Origin: the human T2T-CHM13v2.0 reference genome, Homo sapiens
Length of the DNA: 64,000 bases
Assembly: GCF_009914755.1 (NCBI RefSeq)
Contig: NC_060940.1
Direction: 5' to 3' (one strand)
Each line of letters opens with the position of its first letter. Positions within the stretch are counted from its first letter, which is position 1. The position numbers and the translations under genes were made by a program. The notes below the pieces were generated by a model that saw only the letters and a program-made list of their open reading frames with translations, had not been told where the DNA came from and did no database searches. Of the stretch, positions 27,794-41,956 are shown one piece after another.

Positions 27794-27910
27794 GCTCTCC
27801 TGCCTCTTTGTGTCCCATTTCTCTCCCCCAGTCAACTCTGTCTCTTTCTCCTGAAGCACCCATATCTCCCTCCTATCTTCTTTCTTTCCTATTTTCTTTC
27901 CCCCTTTTCC
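27455..27910 (+). repeat. CT-rich polypyrimidine tract with pure (CT)n at about 27754-27790
   Basis: Direct reading. Confidence 0.9.
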
Positions 27911-28324
27911 ATGTAATGATCAACCCTGTGAAAACCTTCAACCAGAACAGGCTGAAGGGCCCAATCCTTGGGTCCCCATGCTGAGCCAAGTCATGCCCAA
28001 ATGGTGCAGAGGGGATCAAGAGCCTTGGCTTATGGTCCATCTTGGCTAGTCTGTTCAGTTCTGACAAAGCCTCCCTTCTGGCATGACAGGAAGGTCTCCC
28101 GAGCATTCAGGAAACGGGAGCCTGCAAATATTGCAGGGTTCAGAAGCTGCTTCTGTTGGACCTCAGGGCTGCCATTTCAGCCTCTTCCTGTCTCCGTAGC
28201 CACCTGCAGGGCCTTCAGTGCTTCAGCTCTGGGGGCTCAGCTGCTGAGTGTCCACGCTGGAGGCTGGGCTAGCGTGGGCCACAGTACAGAACCACCAGAC
28301 CCCAAGGCAACAGGGCTTAGTGAC

Positions 28325-28873
28325 TGTGTGCGTTTCCTGGGGCTGCTCTATCAAAGCACCACACAGTGGAGGCTGAAACAACAGAGATGCCTTGTCTCGC
28401 GGTTCTGGAGTCCAGAAGTCTAAGAACAACGAGTCAGCGGAGCTCTGCTCTCTCTGAAGGCTCCAGGGGAGGATCCGTTCCATGCCCTTCATTTAGCTTC
28501 TGGTGCTGGCAATCCTTGACGTTCCCTGACTTGTGACTGCATCATTTCAGTCCCCGCCTCGGTCCTCACTCAGCCATCCCCCATGTCTGTCTGTGTTTCT
28601 TCTCTTTTCATGAGAGTGCCAGTCATCCTGGGTGAAGGGTCAACATACCCCAGTATCACCAGTCATCCTGGGTGAAGGGTCAACATACTCCACTATCACC
28701 TCTTCTTAATAATTATTAAGTTGGTGCAAAAGTAATTGCAGTTTTTGCCATTGAAAGTAAGGGTAAAACTACAATTCGTTTTGCACCAACCTAATACATC
28801 TGCCGATACTTTATTTCCAAGTGAGATTACATGTCCAGAAAGGATAGAAACTTTGAGAGGACACCACCCACAC
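28325..28873 (-). mobile_element. MaLR LTR (MLT1B/C-like) containing a 40-bp tandem duplication and a MADE1
   Basis: tgtgtgcgtttcctggggctgc...; ccagtcatcctgggtgaagggtcaacatac at 28619 and 28659. Confidence 0.82.
28716..28794. mobile_element. MADE1 (Hsmar1 mariner-derived MITE)
   Basis: ttaagttggtgcaaaagtaattgc...gttttgcaccaacctaa terminal inverted repeats, TA on both sides. Confidence 0.93.
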
Positions 28874-28989
28874 AATAGAGCCACAAAAGACAGCGTGTGC
28901 GCTGGAAGCCGCTGCTCAACGCTGAGAAGGGCAGCCACTGAGAGTGAATTGGCATCCAGGTGATGAACTTACAAAGATGAAAAGAAAGC

Positions 28990-29198
28990 AGTGATTGGCA
29001 AACTACTGCCCCTGTAGCCCAAGGTGCGCGTTTCCAAACGGTTCTACTGGAATGAGCCACGCTGTTTGCACAGGCGTCCTCTACAGCTGCTTCAGCGTCA
29101 CAACGGCAGGGCTGAGTAGTTGTAACAAAGCTCCTAGGTCCTTCAAAACTGAAAATATTTACTCTCTTCTCCTTTACACAGCAATCTGCTGGCCCCTG
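28990..29198. mobile_element. MER58A
   Basis: ggcaaactac...acaacggcagggctgagtagttg...aaaatatttactct. Confidence 0.75.
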
Positions 29199-29239
29199 AA
29201 ATGAAAGGATTTTTTTCTTAATCACTTCAGCCAGACTGT

Positions 29240-29657
29240 GTGAATTAGTCAGTTTTGTGTTGCTATTAATGGCTGAGGCTGGGTGGTTTATAAAGAAAAG
29301 AGGTTTAATTGGCTCACGCTTCTGCAGGCTGCACAGGAAGCATGGCACCAACATCTGCTCAGCTTCTGCTGAGGCCTCAGGAAGCTTCCAGTGGTGGTGG
29401 AAGGCAAAAGGGGAGCCAGCACCTCACATGGAAAGTGCTGGAGCCAGAGAGTGAGGGGGAGGTGCCACACACTTTTAAACACCCAGATCTTGCATGAACT
29501 CAGAGCAAGAATTCACTTATCACCAAGGGAATGCTGCGACACCACTCTTGAGGAGTCCGCCCCCATGCCCCAATCACCTCCCACCAGTCCCTACCTCCAA
29601 CACCGGGAATCACTTTCCAACATGAGACTTGGAGGAGACAAACATCCAAATGGTCTC
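29240..29657 (-). mobile_element. MST (MSTB-like) solo LTR
   Basis: tttataaagaaaagaggtttaattggctcac...aggaagcatggcaccaacatctgctcagcttctg. Confidence 0.9.
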
Positions 29658-29879
29658 ACTGTGCTTCCTGGAAAGCTGTTTCATACAGAGGCTGAGCCCC
29701 ATGCAACCTGGAACGTATCAGGGTTACAATATGCAACTCTCTTAACACTGGCCTATTGTATGTTCTCCACAAGCAATAAGTTGTATCTAAAGGTGCCCCC
29801 TAGGGAAAAAAAATGTAATAGACTGACCAAGAAGGCAGTGGCAAGGGTAAACAAGGAGGGAAGGAAGGTGCCGGGATAG

Positions 29880-30366
<487 letters not shown>

Positions 30367-31299
30367 TGTTTAGTTATTTTAATCTAGTCTCCAGGGTCCC
30401 TCCAATGGGAAGCGGGCTCAGAGGGCTGGAGGGGGACCCCGGTCAGGCTGCATTTGGCGATCCCAACAGCTGGTCCCCATCTAGCCTGCACAGGGTCACC
30501 TCCGATAGCCCCGGGCCCCCCCCCCCCCCCGAACTGACTTCCGCCTTCCCTCAGGTCTTCCTGGCTTTCTCCCACAGATAAGGGGAGGGGCGCTCAAGGT
30601 CACTGCCTTTTCCCAGCCTGCCGCATTGCTGTGAGAGGCTGCCTGGGGCCTCCCACCAAGAGAGCCAACAACTTGGTTGGACATGGAGGACTGTGGTGGG
30701 GGCTGGGGGTGGGAGACAAAGGCGGCCTGCGCAGGACCGTGTGGCTCAGGAGCACCCTTGTCGTCCTGGCCTTGGGGCCCTGCCCCCGCTGGTCCTGATG
30801 CCGGGCACCTTGTTCCCCTCTGGAAAGCTCCCTCCTCCTGGGGATCCAGCCCTTCTATGAAGACTGTATCATCACTTCCTCTGAGCTTGTAAACCTTCTG
30901 TGTCCCCTACCATTGATATCTTAGTCACCTGACTATGCCCACAACCAGGTCCTGTCCACTTCCCTAAACCCAGGGCATGGCCTGTGCGTGGCACAGAACA
31001 GGTGGTCACTAAATGAGACCACCTCACACTTTCTGGGTGCCGCTCTCAGCCAGGTGCTGTTTAATAGCCACCTCCCCTCTACTCCGTTCCCATTCAGTCT
31101 GCAAGACACCAGCGGTCGACTTGGACCCCGCTTCCAAGAAGTCACATGTCATGGACCCGCACACAGCTTGTGTGTGCCTTCAGGGGGCATCATATCGGGG
31201 TTAAGAGAGGAAAAGAGAGCTGCCCCTTCCCGAGTCGTCAACCTTCTGGTCCTACCAGCATTTTTCCACTCTGTCTTCAATACTCTCAAATTCAAGTCT

Positions 31300-32060
31300 A
31301 ACTCCGGGAGTTAAAATAATATACATTCTACGATGACTAATATGGGGGGAAATCCAGTGCTTCTCAGGAAATAATATTCCACAGGCTGTGTTACCTTTTG
31401 CTGGGAAACTCCCAGTTCCCAGCAGAAAAATAAGAAAATCGTCAATTTCCAGGCAGCCGAGCCTGTGCAGAACCGTGGTCTCCAATGCTTGTGTCGGTTG
31501 CATGCGGGACACCTGTCCTCCGGCAGGAACAGATCCCTTCCAAGTAAACACACACCGTCGGGGGAAGGAGGCCTGGCTGGGGACAGGAATCCATCCGCCC
31601 GGCTCCGGATATCCTGGACAATGGTCAAAATGCTTCCTTCCACTGTCTCCGAGAAAAATGGCATATTCGTCCAGCCAATTCTTTTTGCCTTTCAACTGGA
31701 GAACCGTACTGAGCCCTTTCCGAAAAGCCAGAACAACCTGGAAATGTGCCCTGGGCTTAACAGGTTCATGGCTTTCTGCAAGCACTCCCTCATTCCTTCA
31801 TTTTTTTTTTTTTTTTTTTTTTTTGTTCAGCGGATCATTACTGAGCCGGTACTCAACAAACAGTATCTGGTGCTGGGGGGCATTGTGTGGGAGGAGGTCC
31901 CTTTCCTTGGGCTTTTTTGCTATGCTATCACCGATCCAGCGCGCCAAAGCCAGCTCATTGTGCACCGACACTGGCTTACTTCTGCCTGGAGCAGCTTTGC
32001 TGCAGGGAAAGGGCTGCCCAGCCAGGAACTACACTTCCTGGCCCAAGAGGCAAGTAGGTG
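31300..32060. promoter_or_regulatory. Candidate signal-responsive enhancer
   Basis: Repeat-free apart from a T tract, CpG-retaining; TTCTCAGGAA 31361, GGGAAACTCC 31403, GTAAACA 31544, CATTCC motif. Confidence 0.4.
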
Positions 32061-32502
32061 GGATTGCTCATGATCAGCCCTCACCAGTGGAATGTAAGTG
32101 GAAGGGGTGTTGAGACGTAAGGATGCAAGAGGCATGTGCTGCCTTCACAACACTCTTTCCTCATCTGCTCGCGGATTGCAGAGGACTTCAACCTCCTACG
32201 AGGGAGACAGCACCACAAAGTAGAAGGAGCCTGGGTCGCCTAATGGCTTCCTAGATACCTGCACTGAATAGCTACATGAGCAAGAGACACAGATCCACTG
32301 AGATAAGCCACTGAGATGTGAGAACTCATTTATTCTAGCAGCTAGCATAACCCTATCTGATAAGCCAGAGGCTACGAATGCCACGTAAGGGTAGATTTCA
32401 TGCAGCGATCATCAAGCTCAGGAAGCCAGACTCCTCCCATCCATCATACACAATGCATAGGAAGAGAGTGGGGACATTAAGCTGCAATCAAAAACGTTTG
32501 AG

Positions 32503-32818
32503 GGCCAGGTGCAGTGGCTCATGCCTGTAAGCCCAGCACTTTGGGAGGCCGAGGCAGATAGATCACTTGAACCCAGGATTTGAGACCAGCCTGGGCAACA
32601 CGGTAAAACCCCATCTCTTAAAAAAAAAAAAAAAGAAAAAGGACTAAAATTATCAGGGTGCAATGGCAAGCACCTGTTGTCCCAGCTACTTGGGAAGCTG
32701 AAGTGGGAGGATCCCTTGAGTAGGGAGGCGGGGGTTGCAGTGTGCGGAGATGGTGCCACTGCATTCAAGCCTGGGTGACAGAGCCAAAACCTGTCTCAAA
32801 GACCCAACAAAACAAAAG
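32503..32818 (+). mobile_element. AluJ
   Basis: Diverged Alu with gatcacttgaacccagga / gtgggaggatcccttgag J-type text. Confidence 0.9.
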
Positions 32819-33004
32819 CCCTGAGAATCTGATTAGAAGCTGTGAACGCTATCCAGAAATTATGTGCATAATTTACCTTTTCCTAATATGCAAACTTCAT
32901 CCCATTTTTATTGGGAGAGGGTTGTCAATTTCCCCTGCAACCTTTTCATGGGCTTTTGGGAAAATCCTGCTGCAGTTCTATTAACAAGCCTTTTGCAATC
33001 TGTG

Positions 33005-33192
33005 GCAAGACAGCTTTGAATGCAGCCCAACACAAATTCATAAACTTTGTTAAAACATTTTGAGATTTTTTTGTGTGATTTCTTTTTAGCTTATCTGCTA
33101 TTATTGTCAGTGTTACTGTATTTTATGTGTGGCCCAAGACAATTCCTCTTCTTCCAATGTGGACCGGGAAGCCAAAACACTGGACACCCCTG
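33005..33192. mobile_element. MER30
   Basis: gctttgaatgcagcccaacacaaattcataaacttt...tgtggcccaagacaattc...tggacacccctg. Confidence 0.85.
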
Positions 33193-36100
33193 CATTAGCA
33201 CATGAGAATTTAACTATTAGGCACTAGCCATCAGTAGGAGTTATTAGCTGAACACAACATAAGCCATCTCTAGCTGATAAAAAGAGAAAATGAATTTATC
33301 AACAGATAACACTGTAGCTTATCACTGCTGAGGGGCCTGGAGAACCACACTCAGAGGCTGTGCACACAGAAATCATAAAACCACACCATGTCTGCTGGGT
33401 GTGCTCTCAGCACCTGAGGGAGTAAATTCTTCCTCTAGGTGGGCCTGGGCAGCACGTCCAGTGCCTACCTCCCCAGCCACCCTGTCGGGGAGAGCCAGCA
33501 ATGGCCCCTGCATCTTGGGAGCATTAAACCTAAAGTCCAGCATGGGTGTGTCTGCCCAGAGTGTCCAGACTGTGTGTCCACCTCTCAGCTGCCAGGGAGG
33601 TCAGGACAGCAGCTACCTGGGATTTTCACTTCTATAGCGATTGCCTTCTCCCATCATAACACAAAAGGAAGGAGATTCCTGAAACACGGGGTGCTAGGTG
33701 GCCAAACAGGATGACAGGTGGTCACTGCAGGCAGAGGTGAGCTAATGGTCCATCAGGAGACAGCAGAGGGGAGCTTCATACACGGAGACCCTTGTATGAA
33801 AAGTGTGGCAGGGAAACTGCAGGGAAGGTGGGGTGCCCAGCTCTGCAGGGTGGGGGACAGGGCCACTGGAACCCAAGAATGCGTTTGGGGTGGGTCACCC
33901 GGCAGGAGCCCTTTGTAGAAGGATGCAGTCAAACCCCAGCGACCCACCAGGGAGGGCCTTGGTGAACAAACGCCCCCACCCTCTCCTCCTGCCTTTCAGT
34001 AGCCTGCCTGTGCTCCCGTTGGCCAAACCCCATGGGAGACCAGAGGCCAGGGAGGCCTGTTACTGCCTCCACAGAAGTGAGCTGCCCATGACTGAGAGCA
34101 GGTGCAAGCAGGTGGGGGGTGGGCCTGGGGGAGCCCATGCAAGGCATTTGGCACAAGTAGGGGAAGGTCATCTGCCTGATGTGCCTCCATCTCTCGAAAT
34201 TAGGAACAGCCATTTATTGCATTTTCCCCATGTCCAGTATCTTGTAACACTCAGCACATATTATCTCATTTTTTTTCCTGCAGGGATCCTATGAAACGGA
34301 TCCTCTTTTACCCTTTTGGTGGCAGATGTTCCTGGTGCTCCCCCCATCCCCTCACCCTTACCCCTCCGAGCCGGTGACCTGCTTCAGGGGCCAGCACCTG
34401 CCTGCCTTGACAAGAGTCAAGGCCCTTGAGCTGGGTATAATGCCCACCAGGCAGGCCAGAGGGGCCGGGGAATACTCATCCTGCAGAAACATCCCCACCG
34501 ATGACTGATGGAATGAGTGTCAATACTCCAGCTCCCTCTCTGCTCTGGATACCTGGGAGGTGAATGTTCGCCTTCTGCTTTTAGAGTTTTCCCGGTGAGT
34601 TTGAGCTCCAGTGACCTATGCTGGGAACTGGTTCACTAATCTACCCTGTGCTGGCTTCCTCCCCTCCAGCCTCACCTCCCTACTCCCTGCTGGAGCTTCC
34701 TGTGACTGCCTCCCAGCTGCACTCTCCACTCCAATCTTCATCTCAGGGCCTGCCTGGAGGAGAATGCAACAAAGACAAAGAAACCTAGAGAGCTTAGGTG
34801 ACTGGCCCTGACCACACAGCCTCACTCGTGCTGAGCAGCCAGGGCCTGCTGCCTCCTCTCTCCTCCCCTGTACCTCCCTAGAGCCGTGGGTCTTAGAAAT
34901 GGTTCTATTTCCAGATGCAGACTCCCCAGGCTCCAGGCCTGTGCCCAGCGGATGTCAGGGTTCTATCTTACTTGTTCCAGGAACAGCCTGGGCTTTGCCA
35001 TGCCCAGGAATGCTCCAGAAGGAGCCTGGTAGTGGCTTCTGGGTGGCAGCCAGAGTCTGTCATCACCCCTTGAACATGGGGCCCCCTGTTCCCATCCACA
35101 CAGCAGATGTGTGAGGAGGGGCTGCTCAGTGTCGGGGACTAAGCTCGAGTGCAGAAGCATCGACTCTGGGTGGGCTGTGCCTGGAGGTCTGCATTCAGTG
35201 CCACGTGTCATCCTCACAGCAGGTCATACACCCCCTCCCCCCTCTTCCAAAGTGGGGCTGTGAGCATGTCCCCCTCACTACAAGTCCCTGCCCTGGATCC
35301 TGGTGACAGGCCTCCTTCCCCAAAAGTGTTCAGAGAGCATTCATCACACAGTCTGGCTGGAACATGTCCAGAATTTTGGAACAGGACACCAAGGACCATA
35401 TGAGACATCAACAAGAGAGGAGAATGGGGCTCAATGGGTGGTCTCAGAGGGCTTCCTGGAGGAGGCAGTGTTTGAGCCGGGCTCAAGCAGCAGAGAAGGG
35501 TTTAAGTAGATAGGAGCAGTGGAGCACTGCATAAGCAAAGGTGGGGAACACAGCCAGCCAGTGAACAGGCCATTCAGCCAGAAGAAACTGTGCTCAGCTC
35601 AAAGTTCTGGGAGACCAATCTGGTCAGATAAGCTCTTGAAAGGACAAGAAAAGGAATTTGTCCAAGTGGCCCAACTGCAAGGCACAAGGAGCTGTTCACT
35701 GGGGGAGCCCATCTGAGCGCCCATTTTTAATTTCCAGTTCCTGGGGCATTTTAAGCAGAGTGTGAAATCACATTTATACAGAGGGGGTGGGAACCTTTCT
35801 GAGCAGCCATTTATCCCCCAGTCCCCAAGGTATGTTCCCAAGGCTTGTCAGAAGTTGAACCCATGAATAATATTTCACACGGCCCCGGGCTTCTTCCTTA
35901 GCCCACACGCTCTTGGCTGCCTGGGAGAGGCTGAGCCTGTTCTGTGAGAGCAGGCCTTGGTTAGATTCTCTTCTATTTTTGCACCCTTGAATGTCTGGGT
36001 GCGCATTCACCAAGTGGAAGGGTGTGTTTAATTTGGCAGCGGGATGTTGGAAGGGCTGTGGAGGAGATAATAACTGGCTTAGGACAAATTTGCATTCCTA

Positions 36101-38547
36101 TACATCAGCTCCTCCAGGGGCTGAACTTGAAAAGGAGGTTTATTCATCAACCATGGTGGAATTTGGTCCCCAGGGTTACTGGCTTCCATTCGTCTCCCTG
36201 CCCATGTAATCAATCATGTGAATAGAAACTAATCTGTAAAGAACTATGGAGTCATGTTTTGTGTTCAGGAATTTAGCACATTGGGATGGGATGGGATTAG
36301 GATCTTCCACTGGGATGTTCCTAGAGTCTTACAGAGTGCAGCACAGAGGGCTGGGAGAGGTCTCACCAGGCGGCAAACTGGGAATGGAAACCCAGGCTGG
36401 TGAGAAATCAGCCAAAGAGGTTGATCGAGTGGAGATGGTGAGTAGGTGGCAGGGTTCCTCCTTTGCCCTTTTAGTAACGCAAGTCCTTCCCCTAGGTTTT
36501 AGTAAGACACACCAAGGGAGAGACTCTATTTCTCTGCCTCCTTTTTAGCTGGATGTGGTCACGTGACCAAGTTCTCACTAAGGGAGATGTGCAATTTACC
36601 CTCACTTCTTAAGAAATTGCTTGCTCTCACCCCTCCTTTCCCTGCCCTGGGTGAAGACATGGTTCTGATGGATGAACTTCAATCATGTGAACAAGAATAT
36701 CACCCTAGGAGACGACAGAGCAAGGGGATGACTGGAGGAACCTAGATCCCTGCATGACCTTGTGGAGCACAGCTGTCTAGCCGGTCTGGACTGAACTGCC
36801 CATCTACTAAGAAAAACAAACCTCCACTGTGTGTGGGCTACTGCAGTGGGTTTCTTTATTACAGAAGCTTTGCTTGGACTTGGTAATACATGGAGCGTAT
36901 CAGAAATCTGCTCCTTGAAGAATTGCTCTTCTCATCTCCAGAAATTTTGTTTTCATCTTGGGAGGGAGTTTGCTGTGCACTTATTATCTTGATATAATGA
37001 CAACCTTATACCCACCTGTCCTCATAGATGTATTCATTTCCCTTAAAGAAGCATGGGTTAATTTGAGCAGAAGGCAGCAAAGGGGTTCCCGTGGAAATAT
37101 ACAAAGGTGGCTTCTGGGAGCCCATGTTTTCAGAAGGCACAAAGCGACCTGGAGTCAAACAGAGATGGGTGCAAATTTGGGTTCCACCTTTTCACTAACA
37201 GTGGCAAACACTGGTGCCACTTGATTTCTCTATCCAGTCTCCTACTCCATACACATGTTCCTTTCCAAGTTTCAGAGCACATGGTTCACAAAACTAATTC
37301 TGGCCAAAGAGCAGTGAGCGTGACACTTTTTGGGCAGACAATTTCTGGCGTGAGACCCTCAAGAGTTCTCTTGTTCTTTTCACCCCAGTAACCAGCAGAG
37401 TTCAATATGGCACCTACTTTGTCAGCACAGGTCTCTGAGTGGTCTGAATGTCCCTGACAACCTGCAGTGAACATAGAGCATGAGCGTAATTAAACCTTTG
37501 TCCCTTCAAGCCATTGAGATTGGGAGCTGTTTGTTACTCAGCAGAACTTAGGCAATCCTGACTGACGTATGAGCTACATGACCTTGCATGAGCTGCTCAG
37601 CTGCTCTGAGCCTCAGTTTCTTCTCCCTCCATGTCATGAGGACATAGGAATGGTATTTCCTTCTTAATTCAGTTTGTGTAAAGATTAAGGGAAAATCATA
37701 TTAAGTGCTTAGCAGAGACCCTGGCATTTGAATCGTTCTCAGTCAATTGCTCTGATTCCTGACCTTTGATTCAGACTGATTTGCACTCCAGCACCAGATG
37801 TCTTCTACTTTTGCACCTTTCCTTCTCTTCCTTGACTCCATTCCCGGACTGTTCCATTTGGCCAAGGCCCCTGGGGTTTGACGTGTGCTGTTTGACACCC
37901 AGGTGACATGTAACAAACTCCAGGAACCTCCATCAGGAAGGCGAGAGAGCAACGCTGGTCAGTTTCTCTGGATTTGCAGGGCTTTTTTCAATTCTTTGAA
38001 TCCACCCTTTCCATTAGCTGAACTTTTATAGCTTGGAAAGAAGACAGCAAATCACACGCATTTCCAAGAATTCTTGAGGTGAGTTCCATGGAGTGCAGGA
38101 CTCATTAAGCATGTACTTAAATCCTAGTTTTGGACCCGGAGACTTTAAAAGTCCCAAGGAGATCTGGGCATACTCCCTGACAGCGGATCTAGGGTTTGCT
38201 CCAGGGCACTCTGATGTCAAAGAGTAGCAAAGGGCTCAGGCTCTAGGGCCAGGCATCCTGGGTTCCAGCTGTGGCTCTGCTCCTCATAACTTGGTTCCTT
38301 AGGCCCTCCGGGTCTAAGGACAACAGTGGTTTTAAAACATTCCTAACGTGACTGGATTTTACTGGATGTAAACTATTCTTCAATAAAGCTGGGGGAAATT
38401 GAAGCCAAAAATCAACACATGAATATATTATCTTTGGTGGTAGGATTCTGAGGGGCATTTGTGATTTGTTTTCTTTGTGATTGTCTGCATTTTCAAAGTT
38501 TTCTGTTGTTTTAAAAATGCTGGCCAGACTGTCACCTATCTAAGGAC

Positions 38548-39011
38548 AACAGTGGTTTTAAAACATTTCCTCAAATTATTTGACACTCCTCCTTTTAAGA
38601 GATGGAAGCTCCTCCCCTTGAGCCAGACTTAGTGACTCACTTCTAACAACAGAAGTGACTGTGTGACCTTGATGTATGACCTTGGATCACATACTCAGGG
38701 GAATCCAGCTGCCATGTTGTGAGGACACTCAAGCAGCCCTATGGAGAGGCCATTGCAGCAAGGAACTGAGGCCTCCAGCCCACAGCTCTGTGAAGGAACC
38801 ACCTGCAGAGTAATTCCTGAAGCCCCAGTCAAGACTTCAGATGAGACTACGGCTCCTGCTGACACTCGCAGTGCAACCTCATGAGATGCCCAGAGCCAGA
38901 GCCACCCTGCTCTGAGTTTCTGCCCTTCAGAAACTATGAGATAATAAATGTTTGCTGTTTTAAGCCATTAAGTTTGGAGTAATTTATTACACAGTAACAG
39001 ATAACTAATAC
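38548..39011 (+). mobile_element. MaLR solo LTR (MLT1E/F-like)
   Basis: gccatgttgtgaggacactcaagcagccctatggagaggccca...ataataaatgtttgctgttttaagcc...ataactaataca. Confidence 0.87.
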
Positions 39012-39832
39012 AGGAAGAAATATAGTTTTTCTCACTGCTAATCTGACAGTAGTCATTCAAATTAATATTTGTTGAACAAATGAATGGATGAGTACATAAA
39101 CTAACAATGATAAAAATAAAAACCATCTTGGAATTTTGTACAATTACCTTTAATAGAAATAAGATACCACTTGTTGCTAGCCTACTATGTGGCAGAAGTT
39201 TACCTAGATTAGTTCATTAATCCTCACTAACAATCCTCAGTGATTATGAGCTCTTTTCAGACTGAGTTTACAGATGTGGCATGCTCACCCCTCGCTCACA
39301 GCTCTCCTGTGCGTATGGCAGCCCTTCTCCAGGTTGTGGACAGGGCTGAGCATTGATCTCTTTCATCTCTAGAGCTCTGAGCCCTAGAGTATTTCTTCTG
39401 CATTTCAAAGGCATAATTGATGTTTGCTGAATTGAATCAGAAGAGGGAAGAATCAAAATACAAATACGAGAAATCAGCTTTACAGACGGAGACACTGAGG
39501 CACAGAGAGATTGTAAGATGGGCACAAACCACGGGCTGATTGGAAGCAGCCAGACTGAGCTTGAGAAAGGAGAAGGAGGAGGCACAACTCTTCGTCCACA
39601 GGAGTCTTCCTGTTTTTGTTGTTATCATTGTTTAATTTCATTTTGCTTTTTTAACTCATTGCAAAGAAATACATGGATTTTGTTTGTTTGTTTGAACAGG
39701 CTGGAAACTACAGCAGAGTCCAAAAATTCACATATTTACCATTTCCCTTATCCAAGAAGACAACAACTGTTTATTTTGGTGTACATTCTTCTAATGATGT
39801 ATAAGATATAATATTTTCATTGAACAAAATGA

Positions 39833-40107
39833 GGTCAGGCACAGTGGCTCATGCCTGTAATTCTAGCACTTTGGGAGGCCAAGGCGGGAAGGTTGCTTGA
39901 GCCCAGGAGTTTGAGATCAGCCTCAGCAACATAGTGAGACCCCATCTCTGCAGAAAAATCAAAAAATTATCTTGGTGCGGTGGTGCATGCCTGTAGTCCA
40001 ACTACTCTGGAGGCTGAGCTGAGAGTTTGAGGCTATAGTAAGCTGTGATTACATCACTGCACTCTAACTTGGGCAACAGAGTAAGACCTGTCTCAAAAAA
40101 ATAAAAA
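39833..40107 (+). mobile_element. AluJ with right-arm deletion
   Basis: gcttgagcccaggagtttgag; ggaggctgag joins ctgagagtttgaggct. Confidence 0.9.
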
Positions 40108-40191
40108 GGGGGAGGAGTATAATTTATATTATATAGCAGAGTTTCTCTACTTTGGCACTATTGGAGTTTGGTCTAAATAATCACTTATGTG

Positions 40192-40897
<706 letters not shown>

Positions 40898-41956
40898 TCA
40901 TTGCCAAGTGCCTTCATGGCATTTCACCCAGTTGGTGAAGTCACCTCAGTTGAGAACCACTGCTCTATGGTAATCTGCTTGTCTCACTCACTAATATGTC
41001 ATAAGTGTTTTTCCAGCCCATCAATCACTCTTCTAAAATAGGATTTTTCAATAGATGGTTGGAGTGCCTCTAATCAACGGGCCGTATTTTATTAACCAAA
41101 GGTCTTTGGCTAGATGTTTGAGTGATTTCCAGTTTACTCAGTTTGTTTTCAAAGTCAGAGCATCACTTGAGTCTTCACCTCCACTGTGAAATATCAACCT
41201 CAGGGCCATGTTTGGTTCAAAAAAAAATTTATTTCTTTTGTACTGCAGAAAGTTCTCGGGAAGTCTGGGTGGACGGTGGCTTCTATAAGGAGCTTTTCTG
41301 GTAGGAGGAACTGCTTTCAAAGACTTGGCAAGCACAGCCTTCACCTTGCTGTGGATTTCCTGTGACGAGCTGGGGCCCCGAGACACTAAACAATAGACGC
41401 TGCTCGTAGGTCTCAGTGGCATGACCTTTTTCCTGGCTGCTGGAAATCACTACAGAGAAACTCAGCTCAGCTTTCTCAACCAAATCATTCAGAACGATTT
41501 CAAAACTTCAACTAAGCCAGTGTGTTCAAATGGCTGCCTTAGGTGGGGGTTATTTCCTCTGAATAATTACAGAGAACTGGTAGACCTAGTTGGTATACTG
41601 GATGAAATGCTGCAAACGGGCTCCGTGGGGATCCAGCAGAGAGGAGACTGGGGTCAGAAAAACTGGGTTTCTTGTCCTGCTGGGGGACTCAGGTCCCTCA
41701 CTGAACCTACATAAGCCTCCATGTCCTGCCAAGGCAATGAGGACAAGAGCACCTCCCCACCAGCTCGGAGACACTGGGTGGAAGAAAGGAGTCACTGCCT
41801 GAAGATACTTTGCAAACCACCCCCACCTTATATTAATAGAAATGGAGACCGGTGGGGCTACTACATTGAGGAGAAGGCTTATCAAGTAAAAACCTCTATC
41901 CTCAATTAGATGCTGTTTTACTCAGGGTGCAGGGCAGGAAAGAGAAGTTGCTTTAA

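Noticed and set aside
31388-32113. Overlapping 241-aa and 202-aa ORFs
   Set aside because: Non-ATG starts, run through a poly-T tract, and resemble no protein family I recognise.
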